A DNA stretch of 63,777 nucleotides, filler included, from Reclinomonas americana ATCC 50394 (taxonomy: Eukaryota): NCBI GenBank assembly GCA_048213135.1. It is 20 parts of 20 records of this genome, joined end to end, with 100 filler letters (N's around TTAATTAATTAA, not from the genome) between each part and the next. Parts side by side here need not be neighbours in the genome. Positions count along the whole stretch, not along the records: positions 1 to 1,574 come from AFZH01018317.1; positions 1,675 to 4,930 come from AFZH01018318.1; positions 5,031 to 9,107 come from AFZH01018319.1; positions 9,208 to 12,327 come from AFZH01018320.1; positions 12,428 to 13,660 come from AFZH01018321.1; positions 13,761 to 17,688 come from AFZH01018322.1; 14 more parts are not named here. The stretch is one strand, 5' to 3'. The position numbers and the translations under genes are program-made. Positions 1-14,799 of this stretch are shown here, piece after piece. How positions within the stretch are numbered: the first letter of the stretch is position 1; every line of letters begins with the position of its first letter. The notes beneath the pieces were generated by a model. That model was not told the origin of the DNA. It was given only the letters and a program-made list of their open reading frames with translations, and ran no database searches.

Positions 1-1
1 T

Positions 2-40
2 AGCGACGATTCCGACACCGAGTCAGAGGAGTGGGACTGA
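2..40 (+). CDS. C-terminal end of an upstream gene, acidic tail SDDSDTESEEWD*
   Basis: Frame 2 reads AGC GAC GAT TCC GAC ACC GAG TCA GAG GAG TGG GAC TGA. An acidic stretch ending in W-D resembles the Arp2/3-binding acidic tail of WASP-family proteins. The rest of the gene is outside the window. Confidence 0.4.
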   Translation, partial: SDDSDTESEEWD

Positions 41-141
41 GAGGCCTGCGACGTTCAGTGCGCGAGGGTCATGGAGGATGAGAGCGAACAGTGTACACAT
101 CGAATCTCACGGAGGATTTTACACTTGGCGTTCGTGCACTC

Positions 142-1444
142 TCAGCTCTCAATCACCATGGCGTGCGCCAGCAGCCTGTTGCGCTGCGTTGACACGTACA
201 GCGAGAGGCCACCGAGGCACGCGGAAAAGGCCACGGCGGAGAGCACAAAGCCCTGCGTCTCCCACTTGTCGGTGACTCCGAGGTACCACCAGCCCAGGCC
301 GGTGAACACGAACACTGCGTGGTGGTGAGGGACACAGGGGGATGGTGGGGGAAGAATGGAGAAAGGAGGGGGCGCAACAGATGGAGCACACAATGCCAAA
401 GCCGAGGAACATGTTGTAGCGTCCGGGACTTGGTTTGAGGTACTGTGGGGAGGAAGTGAGGGGAAGGGAGAGAGAGAAGGCACAGGGTGGGAGAGAGAAG
501 GAGACGGCAAGAAGGAGGAGTGGAAGGACAGAGTGTGCATTTGTGGGAGAGCGAGAAAGTAAGACGAAAGGCAGAGGACGCCAGTGCGTGTGAGAAATAG
601 AGAGAGAGAACATGCAGAAGGCATTTTGTGAGAGGGAAAGAAAGTGTGCGGATGTGCGTGTGGAAAGAACAGTACGATGGGCAAGGGTGCTTTGTGAGAG
701 CCAGAGCGACACCTGAAGAAAAGCACAAATAGAAGGCAGAGGGCGACAGCGGATGCAAAGAATACAGAGACAACAAGAGAGTGAGCGAAGGAAGCATTTG
801 CTACATTTCCCTCAGCTGCAAAGAGATCTGAATTTGTCCCTTATTCCTCTCCATCAGCTTGTCTGCATCTCTCATTCTCGTCCCTACAGCTCACTCAATG
901 TAACAGATATCGGAAGCAGAGAATAGGGGAGGGCAGAGGGGGGAACTGATCTCTGTCAATCACTCACTCTCTCCCTTGTCCAACCTACCTCTCCATCCTC
1001 TTGTCAACATATCTCTCTCCCGTCCCTGCAGCTCACTCAGTAACACTCAATGTAGCTCATTCCCCTGCCTTCCATTGCGCATCATAACCACACTCAATCT
1101 CTGTCTCTCCCAGTGTTGCTCTCGGTCAACCAGTCTGAATCTCAGTCTTGCGACCCCTCAGTGACGCGCACAATAGAAGTTCTCACCTATCTCAACCTAA
1201 CCTTGCCTTCCCCTTTCTCCCCTTCCCATTACGCACCTCATCCGTGAGCATATACCACGCATCCAGCGGGAACGTCAACGCAAACGCCGCCACCGCCAAC
1301 AACCACAACTCCGCCCACCAAATCGGACCCACCGCCTGCGTCGTCAGGAATGCAAACGTCGCAAACGTCGCCCCGACCGCCCATGTAATCCCGCTGACAA
1401 TGCCGCCGACACTGATGAGAGGGAAAGGGAGAGGAATGAGGAAA

Positions 1445-1487
<43 letters not shown>

Positions 1488-1674
1488 GAGAGAAGAGAGT
1501 GAAACGAGTGCATTCTCCTCACTTTGCAATCCCTCCACTCTGCACGCTCTCGCTGTGTGCATACGAGTGCGTTCNNNNNNNNNNNNNNNNNNNNNNNNNN
1601 NNNNNNNNNNNNNNNNNNTTAATTAATTAANNNNNNNNNNNNNNNNNNNNNNNNNNNNNNNNNNNNNNNNNNNN

Positions 1675-1767
<93 letters not shown>

Positions 1768-1865
1768 CGATCAATCACACTCCTCACTCTCTTTCTCTTC
1801 AATCTTCACTTCCTCCCTCTCACTCCACAACACTCCTTACTAACTCCGCCACGCAACGTTGACAT
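142..1865 (-). CDS. Small multi-pass membrane protein of unknown function (~140 aa, 4 exons)
   Basis: Exons 1865-1858 (ATG TCA AC), 1411-1237, 442-379 and 314-142 join in frame through GT-AG introns: MSTVGGIVSGITWAVGATF...WWAELWLLAVAAFALTFP...YNMFLGFGIVCSILFVFTGLGWWYL...FVLSAVAFSACLGGLSLYV...IES*. Four hydrophobic segments. Intron 1 spans a gap. Confidence 0.65.
1575..1674. other. Artificial scaffold linker N44-TTAATTAATTAA-N44 (first of 19)
   Basis: The same 100-bp spacer, with stops in all six frames, starts at about 1575, 4931, 9108, 12328, 13661, 17689, 19465, 24295, 25974, 29426, 34700, 36921, 38561, 40066, 44286, 49514, 53302, 56629 and 59667. True gap sizes are unknown. Confidence 0.97.
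1675..1766. repeat. (CT)n-(CA)n compound microsatellite, representative of many intronic and intergenic GA/CT/CA/GAA tracts
   Basis: Seen directly. Similar tracts at 17070-17150, 17789-17892, 19357-19420, 35570-35900, 58450-58640 and 59500-59570. Confidence 0.95.
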
Positions 1866-2584
1866 GAGGAGAGAGCGCGTCACAAGACTCCGCAATTGCA
1901 AGAACTTTACTCCGACCGCAATTCCATTTCAACTCAGTTATTCTCGCGCTTCTTTGCCGAGCCACCACCGCTACCCCCTTTCACACTCAACTCCAATCAT
2001 CCAATCATGACTACCCCCACCCCCACCACGACTGACACTGGTGCGCGCGCGCATGAGAGTGCAAAAACTTTTGTGGCACGCGTTTTTTTCTCACTCTCTT
2101 TCTCTCTGTTTGCTTGTGTGTGTGCCCCTCTCTCTCGCTCTCATGTTCGCCCAAGCAGTGAGTTGCGTTGCGTGGGAATGCGGGAAGAAGAGGGGCGCAA
2201 AGTGTGTTTGTGTTTGTGTGCATGTGCATCATGTCCCGGGACAAGAACATGCTCACCTTGCCCCGCAACTCCCCCGTTTTCTCTCTCGCCATCCTTTTCC
2301 TCTTGTGTGTGTGTGCGGGAAGACAAGAGAGCGCGTGAGAATGCGGGAGTGAGAAGCGTGCAGTGCAAACAGACAGGCAGTTGCATGCTTGTCTCACACA
2401 CTCTCTCTTCTCCTCCTTTCTCTCTGCCTTCACCTGCCTCTCTCTCTCTCTTTCCACTTCTGTGTGTGTGTGTTTCCTGCACGGAATAGGTTGCTTGGTT
2501 GTGATTTTGCGAAAAGTTCTCACACTTCTGTGTTTTTTCCGATTTCTCACAGTGGCTGCTGCGCCCGCGACGGCGAGCTTCACC

Positions 2585-4928
<2,344 letters not shown>

Positions 4929-5030
4929 TTNNNNNNNNNNNNNNNNNNNNNNNNNNNNNNNNNNNNNNNNNNNNTTAATTAATTAANNNNNNNNNNNNNN
5001 NNNNNNNNNNNNNNNNNNNNNNNNNNNNNN

Positions 5031-5360
5031 GAGCAAGGGAGCAGAGAGGGCAAGGGAGCAGAGAGGGCAAGGGAGCAGAGAGGGCAAGGGAGCAGCGAGG
5101 GCAAGGGAGCAGCGAGGGCAAGGGAGCAGAAGCGAGAGCAAGGGAGCAGCGAGAGCAAGGGAGCAGCGAGAGCAAGGGAGCAGCGAGAGCAAGGGAGCAG
5201 CGAGAGCAAGGGAGCAGCGAGAGCGTGGGAGCAGCGAGAGCGTGGGAGAAGCGAGAGCGTGGGAGCAGAAGCGAGAGCAAGGGAGCAGCGAGGGCAAGGG
5301 AGCAGCGAGGGCAAGGGAGCAGCGAGAGCAAGGGAGCAGCGAGAGCAAGGGAGCAGCGAG
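5031..5360 (+). repeat. Minisatellite, ~20-bp unit GAGAGCAAGGGAGCAGC
   Basis: More than 15 imperfect tandem copies next to a gap. They generate spurious repetitive ORFs. Confidence 0.9.
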
Positions 5361-5476
5361 AGAAGGAATCGAGAGCAGAAAGCGCGAAAGTTGGGAGAAG
5401 GAGACAGTTATTGATCATGAGAGTACACAGAAGAAACGAAGAATTTGAAAGATCGACATTGAAGAGGCGAGGTGAC

Positions 5477-8131
5477 AAACCTCTTCGTGGCGACAAAACA
5501 GTGCCAGCAGCACCAGGTGGCGGAACAGTGCTGAGAGCGGAGGAGAGAACTGAGGCCAGAGTGGACGACGTGGGTGAGTCGGTGACTCCAGCGTGGGTAG
5601 ATCCAGTCTCTGCGGCGGAGCGGGGTCGCAGTTTCGGTGCGAGTGCCTGCGCGGAAAGCGATTGTGAGAAGCACATCGCAGATAGAGGATTGCAGAAGCA
5701 CATATGCACCGTGCGTGAAGAGGGTCGAGCGGTGGAGGAGCTTGACTGGGGGCGTGCAGACTTGGGCAGTGCCAGCTTCGGCACCGTCACAATGTTGCCG
5801 CCGTGCTTCGTGTCGCACGAGATGCAGCGGTCGCCTGCGAAAAGAAATCAGGGAGAGAGAAGAAGGAGACGCGATGATCACCACACGAAACTTGGCGGTG
5901 ACCCGTGTCGATGTTCCGGCGGGGCAGGGCTTATGCCGCGCGTGGAGAGGGCCATCGGCAGCTCCTCTCTGTGTCCAGCAGAGATGAGGATAAAAAAGAC
6001 AGGGACCAGCACCATGACTAAGAAGAAACTCACCGATCGACTTTGGTCCACAGCGCACGCTGCACGTCCCACCAATCGGACTTGTTGGCCAGCTGCTCAC
6101 TCATGTTGTTGCGCAGCATGTAGATGCACTTCATGCACTCGTCGAGTTCGGCCTGCGCAAACACAGGTGAGGGATCAAACGAGAGTCGAGAAGGCGACTC
6201 TATTCACGCACCACTCGCTGGTGCGTCTCCGTGACAAGTGCCGCTTCCAGTGAACGGGTAAATTCTCCAAGTGCAGCCACTTCGCCCTTGCTGGCCTTGT
6301 AATTGACTTGCTGCACGGCATCCTCGACGCGCACAAGCATCTCGTTGGTGTTGCTCTTCATCTCGCCAATCAGAGTCAGTGCCGACTCGACGGCCTTGTC
6401 CTGGCCGTCGAGGCGTGCTTCCCAGGCCTGCGGGAAGGAGAGGGAAGGGGGGAAGGAAATGAGAGGGAGGAGAGGGAGAAGGGGAAGGGGAAGTGATAGG
6501 GAAAGGAATGGAGAACAAAGGGAGACAACGAGCACGGCGAGAGACAGCGAGCACGGCGAGAGATAACGACGAGCACAGAGCGAGAGACAACGAGCACAGC
6601 GAGAGAGACAACGAGCACAGCGAGAGAGACAACGAGCACGGCGAGAGAGACAACGAGCACAGCGAGAGAGACAACGAGCACAGCGAGAGAGACAACGAGC
6701 ACAGCGAGAGAGACAACGGGCACGGCGAGAGAGACAACGAGCACGGCGAGAGAGACAACGAGCACGGCGAGAGAGACAACGAGCACAGAGCGTTGTAGAG
6801 GAGACCCTCATTACCCATCCACTACTCACATCAAAATCAGGCAAGTCAATCGAAGGCTCTGGCGGTGCGTCGCATTGCACACAAGCATCCCATCGCAGCG
6901 GAACTTCGTCATCGTCATCTTCTTCGACCTCATTCTGCTGCTGTGGCTGTGCGACTTGCGACTGTTGTGTCGGAGCGGCTGCTGAGGCTGAAGGATCGAC
7001 AACCGGCACTGGTTTCTGTTTGCGCTTGCCGGAACCTGCAGCAGCACTGGCGGCAGCGGCGGCCTGCGTGAAACTGTGAGCAGGGCGACTCACAACACTT
7101 GCACGTGAGACAGGTCGTCGGCAAACCTCGGCAGCGGCGGTAACCTCCTTTCGCATTTGATTGAGGGCATTGTCGAGCTCTGAGCGGGTTGCGCGCTCCT
7201 TGAGCTGCTGGCGGAGACCTGGAAGCGCCTCCACCGACTCGGCGGCGTCGCGTAGACCCACGGCTGCTGTCTGTCCGACGCGCGCCACGGCCTGATCAGT
7301 GAGTTCCACCATGCCCTTCACGCCCTTGATGGAGGCTTGCAGCAGTCGTTCGCTCTCTGTGAGGTTGGTGAGCGGTGAGCGATGACGGTGAAAGGAAAGT
7401 ACCGTTGAATGCGTATCGAACCAATGCGTGTCGCCTCATGCTCATTCTGCTTGCGCGTCAACTCGTCGAGTCGCTCCTTCTCGTGTCGCAGACGCCATTC
7501 GAGTTCCTCCACCGTCTTTACACGGCGTTCCAGTTCTTGTGCGGACCTGGGAGGCGAGATGAGAGTGAGATATCGAAAGCGACGGGAACGAGAGGTGGAG
7601 CAAGCACGCACCCCATGATGCGATCGTTGATGCCTCGCTGTGCGTTCAAGTCTCCCTCGCGCTGCCGGCCCAAGCTCTCCAGGGTCGACGGTACGGACAG
7701 CAACGGGTTGAGAAGATCTGTCAGCTCCTTGCGCATCTTGACTGTGAAGATTGTGAGTGACATGAGGTGTAAGAAGAGAAGGCAGCGTGTCACGCACCTG
7801 TCTCTGTCAGCGAGTGCTTGATTTGCTCGCCGCGTTGCATCACCAGGTCGCGCACTTCAATGTTCTCTGTTTGCATCTTCTTCATGTCGCGCTCCACGCG
7901 GGTTTTTACTTCCTGTTGGGGAGAGGTGAGGGTGAGGACACAGCACAGTGATTATCAGGGTGGGAGATCGAGGAACGCAACATCCAGCTGCGCTTGGAAG
8001 CTGGTGAGATTGCGCAAGTCGCCCTCGAGGCGCTCCAGACGGTTAAAGGTCTGTTCTCGGCGCTCCAGGAGTGCGAGGATGGTATCCATGCGGCGGTCGA
8101 CCTCGGCTTTGTTCGCTTTTTGGTCGAGGAT
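5477..8131 (-). CDS. Multi-exon coiled-coil protein with a C-terminal RCISCD motif (possibly DUF4795/QRICH2-like), partial
   Basis: Spliced exons read ILDQKANKAEVDRRMDTILALLERREQ..., EVKTRVERDMKKMQTEN..., QELERRVKTVEELEWRLRHEKERLDEL..., AELDECMKCIYMLRNNMSEQLANKSDWWDVQRALWTKVDR, DRCISCDTKHGG. Heptad-rich. The family assignment is recalled from the CISCD motif only. Confidence 0.6.
6525..6790 (+). repeat. Minisatellite, 21-bp unit GAGAGACAACGAGCAC(A/G)GCGA (intronic)
   Basis: About 12 tandem copies inside an intron of the coiled-coil gene. Confidence 0.9.
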
Positions 8132-9068
8132 CTGAGGGGGAAGGGAATCAAGGGGAAGGGAGGTGAGGGAAAAGGAGGGGAAGGGCGGCGAGATTAGAAG
8201 AGGTAACAACTAAGGCGAGAGAAGGGGAAAGAAAGTCGAAGACTAGCACTGTTTTTCACTGGTTTGATACAGATGAATGCAAGAAGAAAAAGGGTGTCTC
8301 TGTCAAGAGCGCTTAGTTGTCTCACAAAAGAAGGAAGAATGAGACAGGAAACGAAGATCCATCGGGAGCACTATCTACCACGCGAGCTGAAAGCAGGAGA
8401 GTAAGACAGACAGTAGAGAAATCCTCTCACTCCACCAGATGGAGATGGACATGACCATTGTCTACCTCTCCGTCGGAGAGAGGAGAGGAACTATCCCGGA
8501 AAGAACACCCTTCCTGTCCTCGCCTCCAAGTAAAGAAAGAGATGGCCTCCATCGACTTCTCGGCCAGTCCTTTCCGAGAGGAAGGGGGAGCTGTCAATCT
8601 CTCTGCCGGTCTCACTGCGAGAGTAGATAGAAAGACATAAAGATCGCCAACAAAGAAAGGAGGAGAGTCAGAGTGGCAGAACATGTCAAACAACGAGCGG
8701 GAGGACGAGAGTAAATCGCTAGTTTCTCCTCAGTTTCTCTCATTCTGTCACTGTCTCCGAGTGTGTGTGAGAGAGAGAGAGAGAGCGAGGGAGGGAGGGA
8801 GGGAGAGGGAGGGTCAGACTGACAGAAACATGCCACACATCAAGCGGCACAGACTGAGGGCGCCAGAGAAAACGAAGACCGAGAGTAAGTCGCTGGTTTC
8901 TTCTCAGTTTTTTCTCATTCAATCATCGCCTCCGAGTGTGTATGAGAGAGAGAGGGTCAGAGTGACAGGCACATGCTACACAACGAGAAGCACAGGCACC
9001 AGAGGCATACGAGAAAGGAATAAGACTGAGGGTTGGTTTCTCCTCAGTTTCTCTCATTCTGTCACTGT

Positions 9069-9107
<39 letters not shown>

Positions 9108-10074
9108 NNNNNNNNNNNNNNNNNNNNNNNNNNNNNNNNNNNNNNNNNNNNTTAATTAATTAANNNNNNNNNNNNNNNNNNNNNNNNNNNNNNNNNNNNN
9201 NNNNNNNAAATTCGAGAGGATGGGGGTGCGTGAGCGAGTGGCTGGCGATGCTGCTGTGAATGGCAAAGGCAGATGAAAGGTGAGCTTCATTTTCAGCGAG
9301 TTTTTGCAGAGAGGAAGAAAAAATCAAAAACAATTATTTCCCACACACCACCACGTTCCAAAATGCGATAAATGCCCACGAATCGCTTCACACCAAGTAA
9401 TGTGTAAGCACACAATTACTTGGACCAAGCACTCTTCTCTAGCAGTCACAGAAAACGTAAATATCGACGTCAAACGCGAGTGGGCTTCACTTCCCCACGG
9501 GGCTCGACGTCGTCAACTTGTGCTAATTCCAGCTTCCATACAGCGATATGTACTTGACGAAAACCAAGTGGCATTTGAGAGAATGGAGCTCGAGCAGTGC
9601 AGCGTGCTGAACTGCGAAGTGCCGATGCCGAATTCGAAGACCTTGCTGGCCTCGGAGAAGCACGCCGTCGAGTCTGCTGATTCCAAGCCCTTCGCAAGAA
9701 CGTGTGCTGCCGTTAACCCTCGAGGGAATCGGGAAACCGGAGATGCATGTAGCACAAGCAACGAAAGAGAAATTGACGTCGCAACGTTGAATTCATAACG
9801 ATGGCAGACGAACTCCATTCTCGGCTTTGCTAATTCCAAAAGCCGTTCACAGCAGCGAGGACTCCACATGTCTTGCGCCCCAGAAGCGCCGCGGGAGAGG
9901 TCAGCGCAACACGAAACACCGAATTTGAATTTGTCGAGCTCTGCATGCTTCGTGATCGCATTCTTCGCCGTTCTGCACCTTCCCTGCACATGCGTACTTG
10001 CAGCCAACCCAATCCACCCTCGCGCCTCTTGCAACTCACCTCGTCCTGCACCTTTCGATATCGAACACCATTTC

Positions 10075-13000
10075 ATGGCCACTCTCACGCGAGAGGAACT
10101 CCAACGACACAACACTCAGGTCACTCACCAAAGAGCAGCTTCCCCTCTCCCAGTCTCACTCACTCACCCTCACTCTCTCTCACACACACAGTCGCGTTAT
10201 GTCGGAGGAGGAGTGGGCATTGGCGACGATGACTCAGAGTTTGGCGCGCTGCCTCCTCCTCCGCCACTCAACGATGTCGAGGCGTTTAGTCCAGTGCCTG
10301 AAGTAAGGTTGGTGATCAGAGAGAGAGAGAGAGAGAGACAAGGAGGGAGGGAGGAAGGAAGGGAGGGATAGAGAAAGAGAGAGAAGAAGGAGGGAGAGCG
10401 AGAGAGACTGACTAAAGACAAAGATGATTACGAACTCACGAACACACACATGCACAAGGACGATCGATGCTGTGATCGCCGTGCTAAGGCAACGCCTTTC
10501 TGCAACTTAGGCAACGCCTATCTCTCTCTTTGCTCACTTATTCTTCATCATCTTTCAGTCTCCTCTCCTCTCTCGTTCTCTGTCATCTTCTCTTCCTTCT
10601 CTCATTCTCTGTCTGCTCTCATGCTCTGTCTCTTCTCGTTCTCTGTCATCTTCATCTTCATCTTTCTGTCTCCTCTCTCCTCTCTTCTTTGTCATCTTTC
10701 TCTGCCTTCTCTCGTTCTCTGTCTCTTCTCCTCTCTCGTTCTCCGTCATCTTTCTCTGCATTCTCTCATTCTCTGTCTGCTCTCGTCCTCTGTCTGTTCT
10801 CGTCTTCTGTCTTCGCGTTCTGTGTGTTCTCTCATCTCTGCCTTCTCTCGTTCTCTGTTCGCTGTCTTCTCTCGTTCTCTGTCTTCTCTCATTCTCTGTC
10901 TCATTGTCTTCGTTCTCTCATTCTCTGTCTTCCCTCTTTCTCTGTTTTTCTCTCTTCTCTCTCCTCCCGTCTCTGTCTCCCGTTCTCTGCCTTCTCTCAC
11001 TCTTTGCCTCCTACCAGGGCCATGTACGACGACGTCGACGACGATTTGCCCGATGAGGCCGCCGACATGCTGGATGACTACCTAGAGTTCGGCGCAGTGG
11101 TGGACACCGCGGCTGCGCACTCGCCACAACCGCTGGTGTTGGCGAACCGAGTGCAGCCGACTTTGGCGGCGCAGGGCAATGTCGAGGATTACTCAGCTGA
11201 GTTGCAGTTGGCGCCGGGGCAGGTGCGAATGATGGGGAGAGTAATGCGGATGAGTTGATGTGGTGTGACATCTCTGAAGGGACAGCCTTGTCAAGATCAC
11301 TCTTTTCTTTCCGTTCCTCTTTCGGCCCTCCAGATCACTCCCTGCCGTCTCACTCTCTCGCTCGTCCCTTTCCAAACATCTTGTGGCATGAACTATTCTC
11401 TCTGTCTTTTCCAGCCGCAGTTTTCTCTTCCTTAGTATTCCCCCCAATCGCACTTTACTCTGTTTCTGTGACTCAATCGCGCCACCTCTCTCTTTCTGTT
11501 TCTCTTTTCGGCATTCCAGGGCGTTGCTTGCCGTCTTGTATTCTCCACCCAAACACCTTGTTTGTCACACTCCACTTCTGTCATTGCTTTCCTTGCACAC
11601 CACGCTGCTCTCTTCCTCTCTCACTCCCTTCCCTCCCTCTCCCTTCCTTCCCTCTCTCCTTCTCTCCATGTCCCTTCCCTCCCTGTCCCTTCCCTCCATG
11701 TCCCTTCCCTCCCTGTCCCTTCCCTCCAGGTCCCTTCCCTCCCTGTCCCTTCCCTCCCTGTCCCTTCCCCTCCCGCCCTTCCCTCAACCTTCCCCCGTCC
11801 CTCCCTGTCCCTTCCCCTCCCGCGCTTCCCTCAACCTTCCCCTTCCCTTTCCCCTCCATAAGATCGCCGAGCTCCGCCGCATCTTCAACGAAATCGACGC
11901 CGACGGCAGCGGCACCCTCGACTTTTTCGAAATCCAAGCCTACATGAAGCGCATGGGCGAAACCAATGTGCGTAACAGTGAAGAGGATAAGAGAAAGAGA
12001 GTGTGTGTGTGTGTGTGTGAAAGAGAGAGAGAGAGAGAGAGAGAGACGCACTTGCACATCTCCTTTAGCACCTCGGCCTTCTTCTACTCCCCCTCGTCCC
12101 CCCTTTCCCTCACCCTTGCCCCCTTTCCCAGGACGACGCCATTCGCCGCATCTACGCCGACATTGATGTCGACGGCTCTGGCGAGGTGGACTTTGAGGAG
12201 TTTGTACTCGGCATGGCCAGAGTTGCGTGTGGGAGAGAGAAGAAGAAGAAGAAGGAGAGTGGAGGAGAAGCACGGCTGTACAGAATGTGCAGAGGGAGAG
12301 AGAAGAAGAAGGAGAAGAAGGAGAATGNNNNNNNNNNNNNNNNNNNNNNNNNNNNNNNNNNNNNNNNNNNNTTAATTAATTAANNNNNNNNNNNNNNNNN
12401 NNNNNNNNNNNNNNNNNNNNNNNNNNNTTAGCGAGTTTGTCATGATGTTGGCCAATGTCGTTCGCCTCTATGTGACCACCACTGTTGCGTCCCCTGCTCC
12501 CATCTTTTTTCTCCTCCTCTTCACCTCACTTCTACCACAAAAAGGCACAACCAAAATGGTACTGGCACGGCCTCGTACATGCGCTGATGACGGTGCTGCT
12601 GGCGTACTTGATCCGCGCGCTGCAGCACCTGAACACCCTCGAACCGAAAGACGAGTTCGGCAACAACATTGCGCCGCCGCCGCCGCCGCCCATCAAGATC
12701 CCGTCGCAGACCAATGTCGAGTACGACAATCCGTCGGCCGCGACAACGGCACGGCCACGCTCTGCCGCCCAACCCTCCGCACGCAGCGGCATCAGCGCCA
12801 CCCCCAGCGAGGCGGCGGCTGTGGCACCGCCTCCACCGCGCGTCAAGGTGTCGATGTGGTACTCGGCCACACTCGGAATGGCCGTGTCGTCGACGGTGTT
12901 TTACTGCACCGCAGTGTTGCGTCTGGAGTAGGAGAAGGTGTGTGGGATCGGCGAGTGACTCACAAGTGCTTTTTCCTTTTGTGTGCTGCAGCTGGTGGCA

Positions 13001-13771
13001 CTTTTTGGTCACTGCGGCAGCGTTTCTGGTGGTGCGCTGGGTTTACGGCCTGTTGCGCGACATTTTCCTCACCGAGCAGCGCATTCGACGCACCATTCGC
13101 TCGCGCAAGCTGCGCAATGCGATGCGCAATGTTCGCATCAATGACAAGCGTGGTCGGTATCTCAACGTGCAGGAGAGGTGAGTGTGCAGAGGAAAAGGGG
13201 GAAAAGGGGAAGGGGGAAGAGGGAGGGGGAAGGGGGGAGAAAGGGGGAAGGGTGAAGGGAGTGGGGTGAAGGGTGGCGATGGGTTGCGGGTTTGACACGC
13301 CAACCACGAGCACCGGTGTGGGCAGAAGACACGGTGACTGTGAGAGAGTTTACCGCCCCGAGATATTTGATTAGCGAACTCTTCGCGCTTGTCTCCTCCA
13401 TCACTGCACTATTTATCTCTGTGTGACACTCCTTCCTATCACGCTTTTTCTCTCTCTTTTCTATCTCTCTTTCCTCTCTCTTTTCTCATTCTCTCCTTCT
13501 CTCTTTCCTCTCTTTTCTCATTCTCTCCTTCTCTGTTTCCTCTCTCTTTCCTCTCTCTTTCCTCTCTTTTTCTTTCTCTCTTTGCTCTCTCTTTTCTATC
13601 TTCTCTTTCCTCTCTCTTCTCTATCTCTGTTTCCTCTCTTTTCTCATTCTCTCCTTCTCTNNNNNNNNNNNNNNNNNNNNNNNNNNNNNNNNNNNNNNNN
13701 NNNNTTAATTAATTAANNNNNNNNNNNNNNNNNNNNNNNNNNNNNNNNNNNNNNNNNNNNCGATCTCTTCT

Positions 13772-13817
<46 letters not shown>

Positions 13818-14698
13818 CTTTCAGCTTGTCTTTAACTTTCTCAATTGAACTTGCCATCCTCGCATGTTGTGCCTTCTGCCAGCCGCTACGCTGCTTTCTG
13901 TGTTTTTCATCTCCTGCTCATACACTTCCGCCTGTCACTGTTAGCTCTCTCAGACACCTCGCTGCACCCTTTCTGCAGTTATCTCTTGGTTCGCTCTCCT
14001 CTCCTCCTCCTTCTATTCACATGTCTGCCTCCAATTCGTCTCCTTCCCCTGCTCATGTACATCCACTTGTCACTAATGTCTCACGTCTCTCTGCGCTGTC
14101 CGTTGATTTGTTCTCCTCTCTTCCTCATTCATCTCTTCCTCGTACACTCATCGCCTGTTGCGTTCCTTCCTTTACCAGATTCCCCTTTTCACGCTCTGTT
14201 GACCTCACCATCTTCGCACGTTGTGCCTTCTGCCAGCCACTTCTCTACTTTCTGTCCATTCCCCGCTGTCTTTCGCTCATTCCTTCCTTCGTCATGCTGG
14301 TCCTCTTGACCTGTCGCTTGTGCTCTTTCGTTATTTGTCTTCTTCTTCGTGCCCTCCTTCTCACGTTGCTCTCTCTTTCTCTCTATTCTTTCCTCATTCT
14401 CACGTCCTTGCCCCCGACCTTCTTACATTGCTCTCTCTCTCTCTATCCTCCCTCCTCCACCCCTCCCCTTCCCCGCCCTTCCCCTTCCCTGCCGTTCACC
14501 CACCCCTCCCCTCCAATCAGGTTCGACCTCATGAGCGACCAAGGCTCCTCCTCTGACGAGTTCGACCGCATGAGCGAGCACTCGTCGGAGGAGCTGAACG
14601 ACTTCCGCGGCCTCGGCAATCTCATTCGCGGTGGCATGCCCGCCGCCGGCCCCACAGCCGCCGGTCGAATCAGTCGACAAGACAGCTTCAACATGTAA
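10075..14698 (+). CDS. EF-hand (calmodulin-like) protein with C-terminal transmembrane helices
   Basis: Exons give IAELRRIFNEIDADGSGTLDFFEI and AIRRIYADIDVDGSGEVDFEEFV (canonical EF loops), then SEFVMML after a gap. Hydrophobic segments follow: WYWHGLVHALMTVLLAYLI, MWYSATLGMAVSSTVFYCTAV, WWHFLVTAAAFLVVRWVYGLL. Stop at 14696-14698. The gene spans two gaps. Confidence 0.7.
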
Positions 14699-14799
14699 CT
14701 CTTTTTCTCCTCTTGAATCCCACCCCACTTAATTAATTTGTTGTAAAACCTCCCTGTTATCACATTTGGCATTGCTCCTTTTCGTGTTCTGTATTCTTC

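Noticed and set aside
1619..1630. Recurrent TTAATTAATTAA palindrome (possible piggyBac TTAA site or regulatory motif)
   Set aside because: Always centred in exactly 44+44 Ns. It is an artificial contig linker with stops in all frames. ORFs ending in ...XLIN are artefacts.
6525..6790. Regular 21-bp repeats (and 20-bp repeats at 5031-5360) as a possible CRISPR array or repeat protein
   Set aside because: Head-to-tail units with no unique spacers, in a eukaryotic intronic context with no cas genes. These are ordinary minisatellites.
9280..10115. ORFs of 170-200 aa upstream of the EF-hand gene
   Set aside because: No recognisable domain or consistent splice pattern. Probably intergenic or promoter sequence.
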